Origin: Laetmonice hystrix
Lineage: Eukaryota
DNA: 64,000 nucleotides
Assembly (NCBI GenBank): GCA_965235115.1
Contig: OZ249442.1
Location: 2,790,001 to 2,854,000, forward strand
Reading direction: 5' to 3'
In this document: positions 32,201 to 44,334 of the stretch, in pieces
How the letters are laid out: each line of letters begins with the position of its first letter
Numbering within the stretch: the first letter of the stretch is position 1
Notes under the pieces: model-generated
What the model saw: only the letters and a program-made list of their open reading frames with translations
The model's database searches: none
Told to the model about the DNA's origin: nothing
Translations under genes and position numbers: made by a program

Positions 32201-35200
32201 GTGACAGTGGGCCTGGCAGGTGGGGCCCTGGTCATGGTATACTGTGACGGTGGGCCTGGCAGGTGGGGCCCTAGTCATGGTATACTGTGACAGTGGGCCT
32301 GGCAGGTGGGGCCCTAGTCATTGTATACTGTGACAGTGGGCCTGGCAGGTGGGGCCCTAGTCATGGTATATTGTGATTAATACATGTGACATGAAATAAT
32401 GATATGAAATAATAATTGTCTAACACATTAACTATAACGCGTAGGTCATCTTGCTGTATGTGGCGACTGCATATATGTCCAAATTACACAAACGGTCTAA
32501 ATGACGGTATAAAAATACCTTTTCATAAATTTAAATAATCACAATAACAGAAGACAGAAGACCAAATTTTGATCATATGTAATGCCCAGATATAAATAAA
32601 ATAGTTTGAGATGTAGGGTTACGTCCACCAGTCAGACAAAATCGACCACCCCAGCCCGCCCAGCCCAGCCCACCCCGTATCCTGGGTTGTGTGGTCGTCT
32701 GTGTGTACACTCTGAGAGGCTCACGTCCGCCCGTCTCTCCAGGTAGGCCGGTATAAGGTCGAACAGATTAGACGTTGACCAATGACGGCACGTTGTCAGT
32801 ATAATCCATCACCGCCTGGCCGGGCGGTCGGGGTCCGGGGGTGGGGTGGGGTGCGTGCTCCGGGCGTGTGGCCTGCTCGGGCCGGTAGGTCTGCTCTGGA
32901 CGGCGGGTGGCGACCGTCCTGCTCAGGACGACAGCGACCTACCCCCGGCCTTTGTTGTAGCCGTCAGCCAAGCCTTGTCCACTCCGGACTACAGCAGCGT
33001 TACCGCATTCCCGCCACTAGATATTCCAAGGCCATGGCACTACCCCTGTCTGAGACCTGTCAGATCCACCGAGCCCTGAACAGTAACCCTAACCCTGGAC
33101 CGGGGCTCATCAACTAACTTTCCTCCATCCTCTTGACGTATGGGCTGTCTTAGGGAACCACTTGGCCCCACTGATTCCGAACCTCGCAGATTTATTTGCA
33201 ATGTATTTATTCTGCTGGAGCAAAACTACTCCATCATGGCGACAGAACTGGTCGTACAGTCTACAGAACGGACCGTAAAATCTAGAGAACGTTGTAATAA
33301 ACTGACCGTATAAACTACAGAATTATGTGATAAACTGACCGTATAATCTACTGATCTAAATGATAAACTGTTCGTATAATCTACTGATCTAAATGATAAA
33401 CGTTTCGTATAATCTAATGAACTAAATGATAAACTGCCCGTATAATCTAATGAACTAAATGATAAACTGCCCGTATAATCTAATGAACTAAATGATAAAC
33501 TGCCCGTATAATCTAATGAACTAAATGATAAACTGCCCGTATAATCTAATGAACTAAATGATAAACTGCCCGTATAATCTAATGAACTAAATGATAAACT
33601 GCCCGTATAACTGCCGATGGTTAAAACGTTCAAAACGGCCAGTGTGTTTATTTCTCTCCTCCACCTCGGGATTAGCATATCACGAATCCGTGGTCCCGGT
33701 GTGAAATTGAAAATGGACCTTAACTGAAAGTGGAGCCGGTGGTCCATATTCAATAATGGTCATAAAAACAAACACAATCGGGCTAGTCTTGGCAAGTCAC
33801 TGGATATAAAATGTAACAAAACTAGATGAAGATCAATTTTTCATGAGGGGGTCTATATTCCCCTATTGATAATGGACCCTTGGTCTATATTTAAAGAGGT
33901 CCATTTTTAACATCACACCGGTTTCCCGCCGCCAGAGCAAGGCCGAGCCAGCCTTACGCCTGGGATTACGCCTGCACTGGAAAGAGCGACGTGTAGGAAA
34001 ATTGAGTAAAGACAATTGACTACATCAACATGAAATTGTCATTTATTGGCCTGATGCTGGGCGAACTGGGGCACAACCCTAGTGAAATCAACGTCAGCGG
34101 CAACTTCTGCCCTTCTCTGGTGGGAAATCAGCGCTCACACAATACGTGACATGCTTGTGCCAAGTTGTGGGCTCCGACAACGACGAATTGACAGGATTGC
34201 CTTTCTTCTTAACGGCCATTGTCTGCCGGGGGTAGCGCTTTAAATTATCGACATCAATGACGCTTTTTTCTAAATTGTATTTCCCCTCCAATTTATTTCT
34301 TGTAAATTCAACGGTATGCAACTGGGTCAGGGTCAGTGTCGCTCAAGACGATAGAGCCACGTCCTATCTACCTGATTGGTTTATGATGTCGTCACAAACC
34401 AGATCATCACGTGGTCAACACTCCGTCGATCTGATTGGATAATAGTGACGTCACGGACCAGATCACGTGGTCAACACTCTGTGGACCTGATTAGTTTGAC
34501 GTCACAGCCCACATCACGTGGTCAACACTCCGTCGACCTGATTGGATAATAGTGACGTCACAGCCCACATCACGTGGTCAACACTCCGTCGATCTGATTG
34601 GATAATAGTGACGTCACGGACCAGATCACGTGGTCAACACTCTGTGGACCTGATTGGTTTGACGTCACAGCCCACATCACGTGGTCAACACTCCGTTGAC
34701 CTGATTGGATAATAGTGACGTCACAGCCCACATCACGTGGTCAACACCCCGTCGATCTGATTGGTTTATAATGTCGTCACAGACCAGATCACGTGGTCAA
34801 CACTCTGTCGACGTGATTGGTTTATAGTGATGTCACGGACCAGATCACGTGGTCAACACTCCGTCGATCTGATTGGTTTATAATGTCGTCACAGACCAGA
34901 TCACGTGGTCAACACTCTGTCGACGTGATTGGTTTATAGTGATGTCACGGACCAGATCACGTGGTCAACACTCCGTCGATCTGATTGGTTTATAACGTCG
35001 TCACAGACGGAGACTGGAAACTGTCCACTCGCTATGCGCAGAGCTATGCTATTGGTGGGTCCGACAGATGGACTATAGATCACAGGCCAGGTCCCGTGAC
35101 CGGAAGCTGCCATGCCCTTACTCTGTGTCGTCCATCGGTATCTGGCGCAAACTCTGGCCATCTCATTGCTTGCCCGTGTGTGGTTACTGCAGGTTCGAGT

Positions 35201-38200
35201 ACTAGTGATGAGGTCTCGTCTTGTCTGGTCTGCTAGCCGTGGCAGCCAGAACCTCAAAGTATATTATGTCCCTAGAGATCCCCAGCCAGACACGAGTGTT
35301 CACAGACGGTGGCTAGTTCCTCCTCTTTCTTAGCACAATGTCGAAGATCAGTAAGAGTTCTCACAACTCGCTTGGGAAGGTTCTATTGCCTTAATCTCTC
35401 AACATTTTGCTTTAGATCTCGACAACCTTCTTGTGTTTGCCTTCGTAAATCACATCACGATACGCTTCTTTCAGCAATGTCTCATCATGCCTTTTCTACT
35501 CCTGTCATTTGACCTTTTCCTAATCAGTGCAATTCTTAGAAAATTGCAGCTTTTAGCAGGCTTGCTAATCCCATATGGCGCACGCTGCAGTGAATGAATG
35601 AGGCGCAGAGAGAGTAAGTAAATACAGCTCTGGTTGTCCCTGACGACGAGATCAAGCAGAGATGGTGTTGGGATTAGATGGATCAGATTATGACGTACTA
35701 CCTCAGCGATACGATCCTCAAAGGACAACAGAATATCCTCCTTGTTGCCTCATCTTCCAATCCCAGCGCTGACAACCGACAGATCGCCGGGATAAGTTGC
35801 TGCTCGTCTCCCTCCAGGCATCGCTTCACTCTGTCCTAATCCCTGGCTTACCTCGTTAACCAAACACAGCGTGATGTACGTACAAACATAGAATCCGAGT
35901 TTAGAGACAGACTTGTATGAACATCAAGTCAATCAATCACTGTATTCTTTGCTGACTGCGAGTCTTTACGCCTGCGGTATAATGACATCAACAAGGATCG
36001 ATGTGATTACGGTTTAATAGAAAGAATACAGTCAAATCTCATTAATCAGTACCACCTCTGAATCCAAGCACGCTTTCTGGTATGTTTGACCTTCACAATC
36101 CCAACGTCCTTGAATGTCAATTCGAATAAACGAGGTCTGTTATTTCTTTATTTCGCATCGCTCAGACTGACAGAGATATAGAGATAGAGGTTAGAATACC
36201 GATATTGAGCCATGTTTGAGATAACGTCCTCGACATCGCTAACAATCAATTTGTGACGTCATTACACGTCATACAGACTGCAGACGACACTGACAAAGAA
36301 AACGACACCATAGTCGAGCCGGGGCTCTCACGGATTGTCTTATACCCTTTATGCCGATGACTTGGTACTGCATTTTACAGGAGCTCTAAGATTACTACGT
36401 GTAAATCCTTTCAAGAAACCGAATTAGTTAAAATTCCAGGAGACTCCTACGAGCTCAGCATTCGGGAGTCAGATTACTTGATTAAACCTTGTGGAACGCA
36501 TGAGGCCGTCTCCAAACCTACTATATTATTCCACAGTCGAGTAAACATATTCTGACATAAATTCATGAGAAACGTTCCCAATTTGAATGACAACTGAACC
36601 CCAAGGTTATTTGTGATCGAGTTACGAGGAACCTTAGGAACATTCACAACTATTCATTGTAGGGGACCTACACATGGAGACCGTGGAGCTATCCGACGTT
36701 TGGCAATCACTCCCTGGACGTCATCCATAACTTACCGAATCTACCTCTTAGTCGCTCCCTGCCCACATACGTCAGACTCCGGTGGGCAGGGGTTAGGGGC
36801 TAAGTCTGCCCACATACTACGCCAGACTCCGGTAGTCAGGGGTTAGGGGGCTAAGTCTGCCATAGAGGGCAGCACGGGTGATGGGGGATTTCCCATTGGA
36901 GTCGGAATCACTTGTCAACGTTTGACAATATTGACTTCTCCACTAGTACCGAGGCAGCGGGGACTGCACGTTTCTGTACGCTTACTGGGATTGACCTCAG
37001 GGAAGGACACAATAGATTGAACTCCAACGTCTCCGTTGATGGAGGGATGCCAAGGCTGTATACAGTGATATTTCTTTACAAGCCAAGCGTAGTGGGTTGT
37101 AAGGTACACTGACATAAATCGATATGGACTGATACGGAATTCTTCAGCTTCCCCACCTAACTTAGGACTGGACTTAGTTTGGAGTGTACTGCCGACCAGA
37201 AGAAGTCGTTAATATATGTTAAACTTCCCAAACCATGTCTTCCTTCCTGCAGGCAGAACATTTTAATCGGAACAAAAGCTGATTACGAATAGCTTTAGGT
37301 AGTAAGCACATTTTACAAATTGAAGTCAGCTAGGAAATACAATCGAAACCATTGCCGACTTACAAAATAAAGGAATCGGTAATAAGTATCCCACACCCCC
37401 ACCCCCGCCTACAATTACCCCGCCAAATTCTCCACAACTCAGTCACATTAGATCGAAACGTTTGTATGTGTTCCTGATCAATCAGATTGTGACGTGAACC
37501 ACTTGTCCTGAGCAAACCCCCTGCTCTCCATGCTAGCCACCTGTCCCATGTGACCGCCCGGCTCACTTAGATCTCTGCTCACGACCTCTGCATTCACTGA
37601 CTGCCTACCTCATCTGTCTGCCGTCCACAGCGCTCTCTGGCGGCCACAACTGGCACTGACAGCCTGGCAGAGTTCTAGGTCTGTGTCTGCCAGAGACAAA
37701 TTCTGCCACAGTCTGTCCGCGCCAACTTGAGCCCAATGCGTAGTCATGATATGCAAGGTCAGCATTGTTGACTGCCGGCTGCCGACCAATGTGTGAGCTG
37801 GGTGCTGGGGACAACCCACGTGTAGGGGGGTAGCACATGGTTTGACCACAAGCAGCTAGCTGCCGGCCACTGTTACTGAACCTGTACATATATCTAGCAA
37901 TAGAACCCGTACCCCGTCAGTGGGCTCAATCTGCGGCAAGGTTCCAAACCAGTTGTCTCTCAATGGGTTATCGTGTGTTCTCCAGACGCCAGATCTTCGA
38001 ACGGTAGGACTTGGACCAAGCTTCAGGATCAGTTCCCCTTTTTTAGGTACTCTCAATTTTTAGTTACTCTCAGCTCGATACAAGAGATAGCAAAAAGTGT
38101 CCTGAGACACTCTGACCCCAGAACCTGTTTCCTCCGTGATCATCTCAGGTGCCATCGGTCGCTGGAATAGCTCACAACTCACAGAATATTTTGACCCAAG

Positions 38201-41200
38201 CTTCTGATTCCCGATTCTATGTGGCAGTCTAAGCATAAATAAAGTATGACTTAAAAATGATCGCGAATCTGGCGGCGTGGCGTGGGTTTGTAGTCAGTGG
38301 ATCCTCCCACGGTGAGAAGAGAAAGTTTACACAGACCAGGTGAGATCGGTCAAACACGAGGCTGCCGATAAATTGATCATCTAAAGTGGTAGGACAAAGT
38401 AAGCAGAATTATACGTACTAATAATATATACAATGTAAGATACGAACATTATGTCTACGTGTGAGACTGCCCATGTCTGGGCTATCTATAACACTGGTTG
38501 AGTGGGCGCGGTCCACGGTAATACAATGTATTGAAAATGGAAACGCCTCTTTACGCCCAAAGAAAACGAGCCTCGTTTTATTATAAACAAAATGGAAATA
38601 TCTCTCTTTAAGGCAAAAAAGTAAAACGCCTCTCTATATTCTTTTTGGTCTCAAAACCAAAAGGCTCATCCCTTCCAAGGACGATTATCTAAATATCAAC
38701 AGAAGTATATAACCACAACTACTTAAAAACAACCAGACTTGCTTGCTATATGACGAGAGTGTATGACAAAGATGTGCTTACCTTGTAGCGAGTATGGCGT
38801 GACTGTATGATGGCATGGCCCACTCTTCCTTGGTGGTTGGTACCGTTTCATAAAGCATCAACTCTCGGTCTGTGAGCACAGCGAAGGTCGGCTTCCAGCC
38901 TCCTGTGTTACCCTGTTCTGTTTGTAGCTACAAGGGAGGAGAAACAAGAGGCACACGCACTTAGATCGTCCATCACATCTCCTGCTGGTCTGCCTGCTGA
39001 TGGAAGGCAGGCAGGAGGCAGGCTTTTTATTCTCGGGTTAAACTGCTAAATCAAAATCTCAGACAGGATCAAATACTTCAGGATCCCCTCCGGAAAACTA
39101 CTTGCTGAGAGGTCTTTCATCTCAGAAAAAAAATGGTGAAAAGTATTTGAAAAAGAAGAGAGAAAAAATAGTCATGAGGGAACTGGCTTACAAAAAAGTA
39201 AAATGTTCGGTGTAAGCGACGTTCATGTTACGAAGATACACGGCACGTGTGTGACTGTACACGAAGTCACACACATACTTGTCTTCAAATATCTACATTA
39301 ATCAAATCCATTTTTTTATCCACTTAGAGGAAATTACTTCCTTCTTTTTCGATCTCATATGGATCTGTTTACGCCAACAATGTCACAAATACGTATAAAA
39401 GTTCAATCTAAGCCCTCTACTAAAACATCCAACCATGATATGGTTTGTGTACTTGAGTACCTAAAACCAATGACCTAGACGTCAATTACTGAGCATAAAT
39501 CGTATCACCTTTACAGTTTTCCAATTTCCGATAATGATCGCTGTATGTGTAAGTTAATTGCCTATTGGAATAATATATTGAAGAATATTTCCGTGGCTCC
39601 TATTGTGGTGGTATGGTTTGTGTGGGTGTGTTGGTATGATTTGTGTGGGTGTGTTGGTATGGTTTGTGTGGGTGTGTTGGTATGGCTTGTGTGGGTGTGT
39701 TGGTATGGTTTGTGTGGGTGTGTTGGTATGGTTTGTGTGGGTGTGTTGGTATGGTTTGTGTGGGTGTGTTGGTATGGTTTGTGTGGGTGTGTTGGTATGG
39801 TTTGTGTGGGTGTGTTGGTATGGTTTGTGTGGGTGTGTTGGTATGGTTTGTGTGGGCGTGTTGGTATGGTTTGTGTGGGCGTGTTGGTATGGTTTGTGTG
39901 GGTGTGTTGGTATGGTTTGTGCTGGTGTGTTGGTATGGTTTGTGTGGGTGTGTTGGTATGGTTTGTGTGGGTGTGTTGGTATGGTTTGTGTGGGTGTGTT
40001 GGTATGGTGTGTGTGGGTGTGTTGGTATGGTTTGTGTGGGTGTTTTGGTATGGTTTGTGTGGGTGTGTTGGTATGGTTTGTGTGGGTGTGTGGGTGTTTT
40101 GGTATGGTTTGTGTGGGTGTGTTGGTATGGTTTGTGCTGGTGTGTTGGTATGGTTTGTGTGGGTGTGTTGGTATGGTTTGTGTGGGTGTGTTGGTATGGT
40201 TTGTGTGGGTGTGTTGGTATGGTTTGTGTGGGTGTATTGGTATGGTTTGTGTGGGTGTGTTGGTATGGTTTGTGTGGGTGTGTTGGTATGGTTTGTGTGG
40301 GTGTGTGGGTGTTTTGGTATGGTTTGTGTGGGTGTGTTGGTATGGTTTGTGTGGGTGTGTTGGTATGGTTTGTGTGGGTGTGTTGGTATGGTTTGTGTGG
40401 GTGTGTTGGTATGGTTTGTGTGGGTGTGTTGGTATGGTTTGTGTGGGTTTGTTGGTATGGTTTGTGTGGGTGTGTTGGTATGGTTTGTGTGGGTGTGTTG
40501 GTATGGTGTGTGTGGGTGTTCTGGTATGGTTTGTGTGGGTGTTCTGGTATGGTTTGTGTGGGTGTGTTGGTATGGTTTGTGTGGGTGTGTTGGTATGGTT
40601 TGTGTGGGTGTGTTGGTATGGTTTGTGTGGGTGTGTTGGTATGGTTTGTGTGGGTGTGTTGGTATGGTTTGTGCGGGTGTGAAGGAGGAAGGGTTTGTTG
40701 CCCTGGCATGTATAAGTTGTATGATGTCTTACCTCCTCGTAGCTGTCTCCACAGTCCCTCTGGAAGTGAAGCCAGACCACACAACTCAAGTAGCAGATCT
40801 ACACAGTCAACCAATCTACCAACCAGATCTACACAGTCAACCAATCTACCAACCATCCACCACCACAAAGGGTCTTCACAATTTGACATGTAATTTCCAA
40901 ACCATCACTATATCCGGCAATTCAAGTCGAAATGGCGTCACCAAAAAGTCCTCAAATTCCGACTAAAACCATGGTCACAATTAAAAGAGGCCAAAAGTTT
41001 TTACGTTACAGTCGGAACAGTTAACTTGTAACGTGTTTGTTCTCCACTGTTTTCTCTCTTTCAAATTATGTGGATAGAACAACGATTTGTGTTTGATCTT
41101 AGTTGCCGGTTCATAGTGTTTGCATGTCAAACCACTGAGGAAAGTCAGCCATGACTAACTTAGACCCTCTCTACTGCTATAACAAGGACAACATCATGCA

Positions 41201-43086
41201 ACATACCGAGGCCAGCTGCAGTGGCGGAGAAATTATCTATCTTTCATGGAGACTACTCGGATAAACAAAGACTAAACAAGAACCAGTGCGAAATCTTCAA
41301 ATTAATCATTTCAAATTTCAGGGGGAAAAAGAATTTTTTTGCAGAAGTTGAAGGGCAATCAATCGAAAAATAGGACTGGTTTAAATGTATGCACAGACAA
41401 GTCTATTGACTAGTAAAATACACTTCATTAAAACTCAACTCCTCTGATTCAAACCTTACTCTTTCGTGATATAAAGTTCTCTATGTCAGGCACGGTAACC
41501 AATGCATCTATCGAAAGATAATAATCGTAAATGCTTTTCTAACAAAAATCTATTTATTAAAAAAAATAAAGTAAGGGGAAAACGGGCATTTTGCATGTCT
41601 AATGATATTTGTGTGTGAGTCGAGCACTAGCCCGACACCTGTCGAGTTATAAAAGAACCAATGGCAAGCGCAATCTTTAAGTACCTTCAACTCCCAGGAG
41701 AATTCCTCCCATAGGAATGGTGCAGCATTAAAAGCAACATTGTAGTATGTGACTAGATTTAACAGATATACTCAGAGAAAACTGCAGTAATTTCCCTCGA
41801 GTAAAAGGCGTGCCCGTATCTTTACGTAGGTAAGAAAAAAACGGGACGAACTTTTCCGATTCTGTTCGTCACCCAGACGGGCTACTCAAGAAAATTACTG
41901 GTTTGTGATGACATGGATGGACGTAGCCTAGGGCTCATTACTATGTCGTGCTCTTTCCGTACCGGTATTATGTGCCATGACTTGATGGAATATTGTAGAA
42001 TTAAACAAAATTCATTTAGTTCCAAAGTCTGGACTCTAGTATAACGACCTTGAATGATTTCGAAATTACACAATGCAAGAACTAGGAAGAAGAAATTGTC
42101 GTTTTGTTGCTGATTGACGTAATAAATGAATTAATTCAGGATTCTGTCGTTTGTAAGGCTCCATGAAAAATACATACTACATTCTGTGATGTGTTTTTGT
42201 GAGGAGCTAGAGCCCACACAAAGCCAAGCACTGTAGAATGGTTGGTAAGAAACGACTGCACGTAATGGCTATTTGCACAACAAGCACAGTACCTTAACAG
42301 GCACAGTACACGCAACAATATACGAATAATAATCTAGCAGCAATATCTACAATAAAACGAATTATTCTGGTATGAATACTACAGTAACATCAGCTTTAAC
42401 TTTGATTATTATTCAAATACCTTTCAATCGGGAAAGTGGACCTTAATTTTCACTAGGATACTCTCCAAAATACGTGGGTATCAACCTTGCCTTGTCAGAT
42501 TAGGATGTATGTCAGAAATTTGTACGTGTTTTTTTCCTTTTGATGCTCAAACATCATTTGGAGAATATACCAGTTTGACTTTATCCCTAAACACTAGCAA
42601 AACCCAACTATATATATTATAGTACATATGATCCATGTATGGGTGGCGGTATGTCGATCGTACTGCCACCTGGCGGGCTCCTCCTCACCTGTTCGGCCAG
42701 CCATCCGATGTGTTTGATTTCCGTACTATTACTGGGAACATTGCTGAAGACTACCGTCAGTTCACTCATTGCTTGTTGTAACAACATATGCACATTTGAA
42801 TGTAATGCGTTAAACCACTGGGTGGCTATGTGTTCGTCTGGACACCGTAACACACACGAGTTTTTGCCATCAGGTGAGTATAGTTCTATTGTCCGATGTT
42901 GTGGGTCTGGTACGGATAGATTTCGGCACAGGTAACAAAGTTTGAGAGGTATATTCTTGCGTTCACACCAACTGGTCTTGCTTGACCCTGTTCCGTCCTT
43001 GGGTAGTGTGTCTGTCCCGCCCCACCCTACGTCATTTAGGGCGGATGTTTTTCGGAAGTAGGGCGTTACTTCTCGGAGGTATTTAA
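23157..43086 (-). CDS. SNTB1: Alpha/beta-type (beta-1-like) syntrophin, 3' portion (PH1b, PH2 and SU domains). Exons: 42689-43086, 38782-38927, 29948-30144, 25418-25611, 23157-23249
   Basis: [64 protein letters not shown] and [30 protein letters not shown] match syntrophin motifs, and phases are consistent. The exact paralogue name is uncertain. Confidence 0.9.
23264..24037. repeat. 26-27-bp tandem repeat x~29 abutting the last syntrophin acceptor
   Basis: CCAAACAGTTCATTGTAATACTTTGAT units. Confidence 0.95.
25072..25164 (-). CDS. SNTB1: Duplicated alternative last coding exon of syntrophin
   Basis: GTTTTAG| acceptor, phase 0, 93 nt like the canonical exon; encodes [30 protein letters not shown], which aligns without gaps to the canonical exon. 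Confidence 0.7.
   Translation of the reverse strand, partial: ELTLEENPKPFVFTLQVFLSARTYFDAVLM
25418..25611 (-). CDS. SNTB1: Syntrophin SU-domain exon
   Basis: TTGGCAG| acceptor, CAG|GTGACT donor; encodes [18 protein letters not shown]...[11 protein letters not shown]. Confidence 0.9.
25600..26127. repeat. 44-bp tandem repeat x12 containing a syntrophin splice acceptor
   Basis: GCCACGTGGTGGCTGCCAATACAAACGTTACAACTTTACCACCC units. Confidence 0.97.
26551..28411 (+). mobile_element. Inner HINE/DINE-1-like element nested in the outer element's (ATT)n tract
   Basis: 5' ATCCCGTTTCC hairpin with (ATT)n; 3' GGAAACGGGAT at 28367, GTTGCCTTGCAAC palindrome, CTAGT end; carries a 146-bp tandem array. Confidence 0.7.
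27105..28270. repeat. About 8 x 146-bp satellite-like array inside the inner HINE
   Basis: Recurring GGCTATAAC...ATAGGAAGTCATATATGGCC...GTCACGTGAC...TGACGTCATCAG at 146-bp spacing. Confidence 0.9.
29071..29141 (+). pseudogene. tRNA-derived sequence / SINE-like head, copy 1
   Basis: A box TAGCTGAGTGG, B box GGTTCGAATCCC, downstream T-run; acceptor stem does not pair. Confidence 0.6.
29443..29513 (+). pseudogene. tRNA-derived sequence / SINE-like head, copy 2
   Basis: A box TAGCTGAGTTGG, B box GGTTCGAATCCC, T-run at about 29519-29526; acceptor and anticodon stems degenerate. Confidence 0.6.
29948..30144 (-). CDS. SNTB1: Syntrophin PH2 exon
   Basis: GGTACAG| acceptor, G|GTGAGT donor; encodes LVHSG...[20 protein letters not shown]...KEVSC. 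Confidence 0.92.
30190..30380. repeat. 22-bp tandem repeat x~8
   Basis: TTTTTCAGGGAACATTGTAATG units. Confidence 0.88.
31735..32375. repeat. 43-bp tandem repeat x~15
   Basis: CAGTGGGCCTGGCAGGTGGGGCCCTAGTCATGGTATACTGTGA units. Confidence 0.95.
33290..33612. repeat. 30-bp tandem repeat x~11
   Basis: AAACTGCCCGTATAATCTAATGAACTAAATGAT-type units. Confidence 0.9.
33696..33921. mobile_element. MITE with ~24-bp TIRs
   Basis: CCGGTGTGAAATTGAAAATGGACC versus GGTCCATTTTTAACATCACACCGG. Confidence 0.6.
34370..35005. repeat. 51-57-bp tandem repeat x11 rich in CACGTG, ATTGG and TGACGTCA
   Basis: ATCACGTGGTCAACACTCCGTCGATCTGATTGGATAATAGTGACGTCAC units. Confidence 0.92.
38782..38927 (-). CDS. SNTB1: Syntrophin PH2 exon
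   Basis: CCTTGTAG| acceptor, AG|GTAAG donor; encodes [48 protein letters not shown]. Confidence 0.9.
39605..40680. repeat. 23-bp GT-rich tandem repeat x~47
   Basis: GTATGGTTTGTGTGGGTGTGTTG units; accounts for the long spurious ORFs. Confidence 0.97.
40733..40759 (-). CDS. Candidate 27-nt symmetric microexon (RDCGDSYEE) in the syntrophin PH2 domain
   Basis: GGCTTCACTTCCAG| acceptor and GAG|GTAAGA donor; phase 0-0 within a phase-0 intron; no stop codon. Confidence 0.4.
42689..43086 (-). CDS. SNTB1: Syntrophin exon (PH1b into PH2)
   Basis: TTTTCAG| acceptor, CAG|GTGAGG donor; encodes [10 protein letters not shown]...HIGWLAEQ. Confidence 0.92.
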
Positions 43087-43111
43087 CTGAAAACAGAATG
43101 AATATTCATTA

Positions 43112-43625
43112 GACATGAATGTAAATATCCACATTAATGTAAATATCCACATTAATGTAAATCTCCACATGAATGTAAATCCCCACATGAATGTAAATCT
43201 CCACATGAATGTAAATATCCACATGAATGTAAATCTCTACATGAATGTAAATATCCACATGAATGTAAATATCCACATGAATGTAAATATCCACATGAAT
43301 GTAAATCCCCACATTAATGTAAATCTCCACATGAATGTAAATCCCCACATGAATGTAAATCTCCACATGAATGTAAATCTCTACATTAATGTAAATATCC
43401 ACATGAATGTAAATATCCACATGAATGTAAATATCCACATGAATGTAAATATCCACATGAATGTAAATCTCTATATGAATGTAAATATCTACATGAATGT
43501 AAATATCCACATGAATGTAAATATCCACATGAATGTAAATCTCTACATGAATGTAAATATCCACATGAATGTAAATATCCACATGAATGTAAATATCCAC
43601 ATGAATGTAAATATCCACATGAATG
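43112..43625. repeat. 18-bp tandem repeat x~28 just upstream of a syntrophin acceptor
   Basis: CATGAATGTAAATATCCA units. Confidence 0.96.
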
Positions 43626-44334
43626 CATCTATTGCGTCTCAGTGGACTGCTGATTCATCGGTATTTCTGCTCTCTGGCTGATCTGTCATTTCGACATACA
43701 TAAAGGATGATTCGCCAAATCTCAGCCACCCCATCCACGCCCGTGTTCTGATACTAATCTCATATTCCCATGGTGACATAGAGTGGCGGTTAGTAATGTC
43801 GTCTGGCACCATGACAACCGTTTGTTCGAACGTCTGACGTGTCACGTATGTGTGGAGCATTGTGACGTGACGTTATGACAGACAGACAGCTTGTCCTGCC
43901 CCCCATCCTGGCCAATTCATTATCACGGCGCCCAAACTATTACAGCTATTCGTTGTTACGCTTCAACGACATGCATGGCAAATATTTGTTTGCTAGCGGC
44001 GGATTTCTTTATTAAAACATCTCGTTTGTTGCTTTTATTACGCTGTTATGGCCAATCATGCAAGGCCGCACTTATTGTGGGGCTGTACCCAATGTCCGCC
44101 AGCATACCGGGGAAGGAGATTGGAGGTTTTTTATGTACACCACAATAGTTCACTTTGGTGCGTCCCCCTTGGCCTCTACAAGATAAGGAATTTATTGCAC
44201 GCTGTTTGCCGTTTAGAAAGTTTTTGTCGCCATGGTGTTGCATGATTGTTGCGAAATGCACCTCTTCAGTCATTAACAACTAATGGAACAGAGAAACAAA
44301 ATGGACAAAAACTAACATCATCAGATGACTATGC

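Noticed and set aside
31735-32375. 43-bp array as a CTCF array
   Set aside because: CTGGCAGGTGGGGC has three mismatches to the core consensus; only an E-box CAGGTG is clear.
33085-33100. Interstitial telomere (AACCCTAACCCT; also ~53200)
   Set aside because: Only about two units, typical of common dispersed repeats.
35250-36430. LTR-retrotransposon 5' relic (PBS-like TGG motifs, gag-like fragment)
   Set aside because: No paired LTRs, no TG...CA boundaries and no recognisable gag/pol motifs could be established by eye.
39545-40966. Long ORFs (359-473 aa) over the GT-rich array, and similar ORFs over the 18-, 19-, 30-, 48- and 82-bp arrays
   Set aside because: They are open in several frames and on both strands only because the repeat lacks stop codons; they are low-complexity and intronic.
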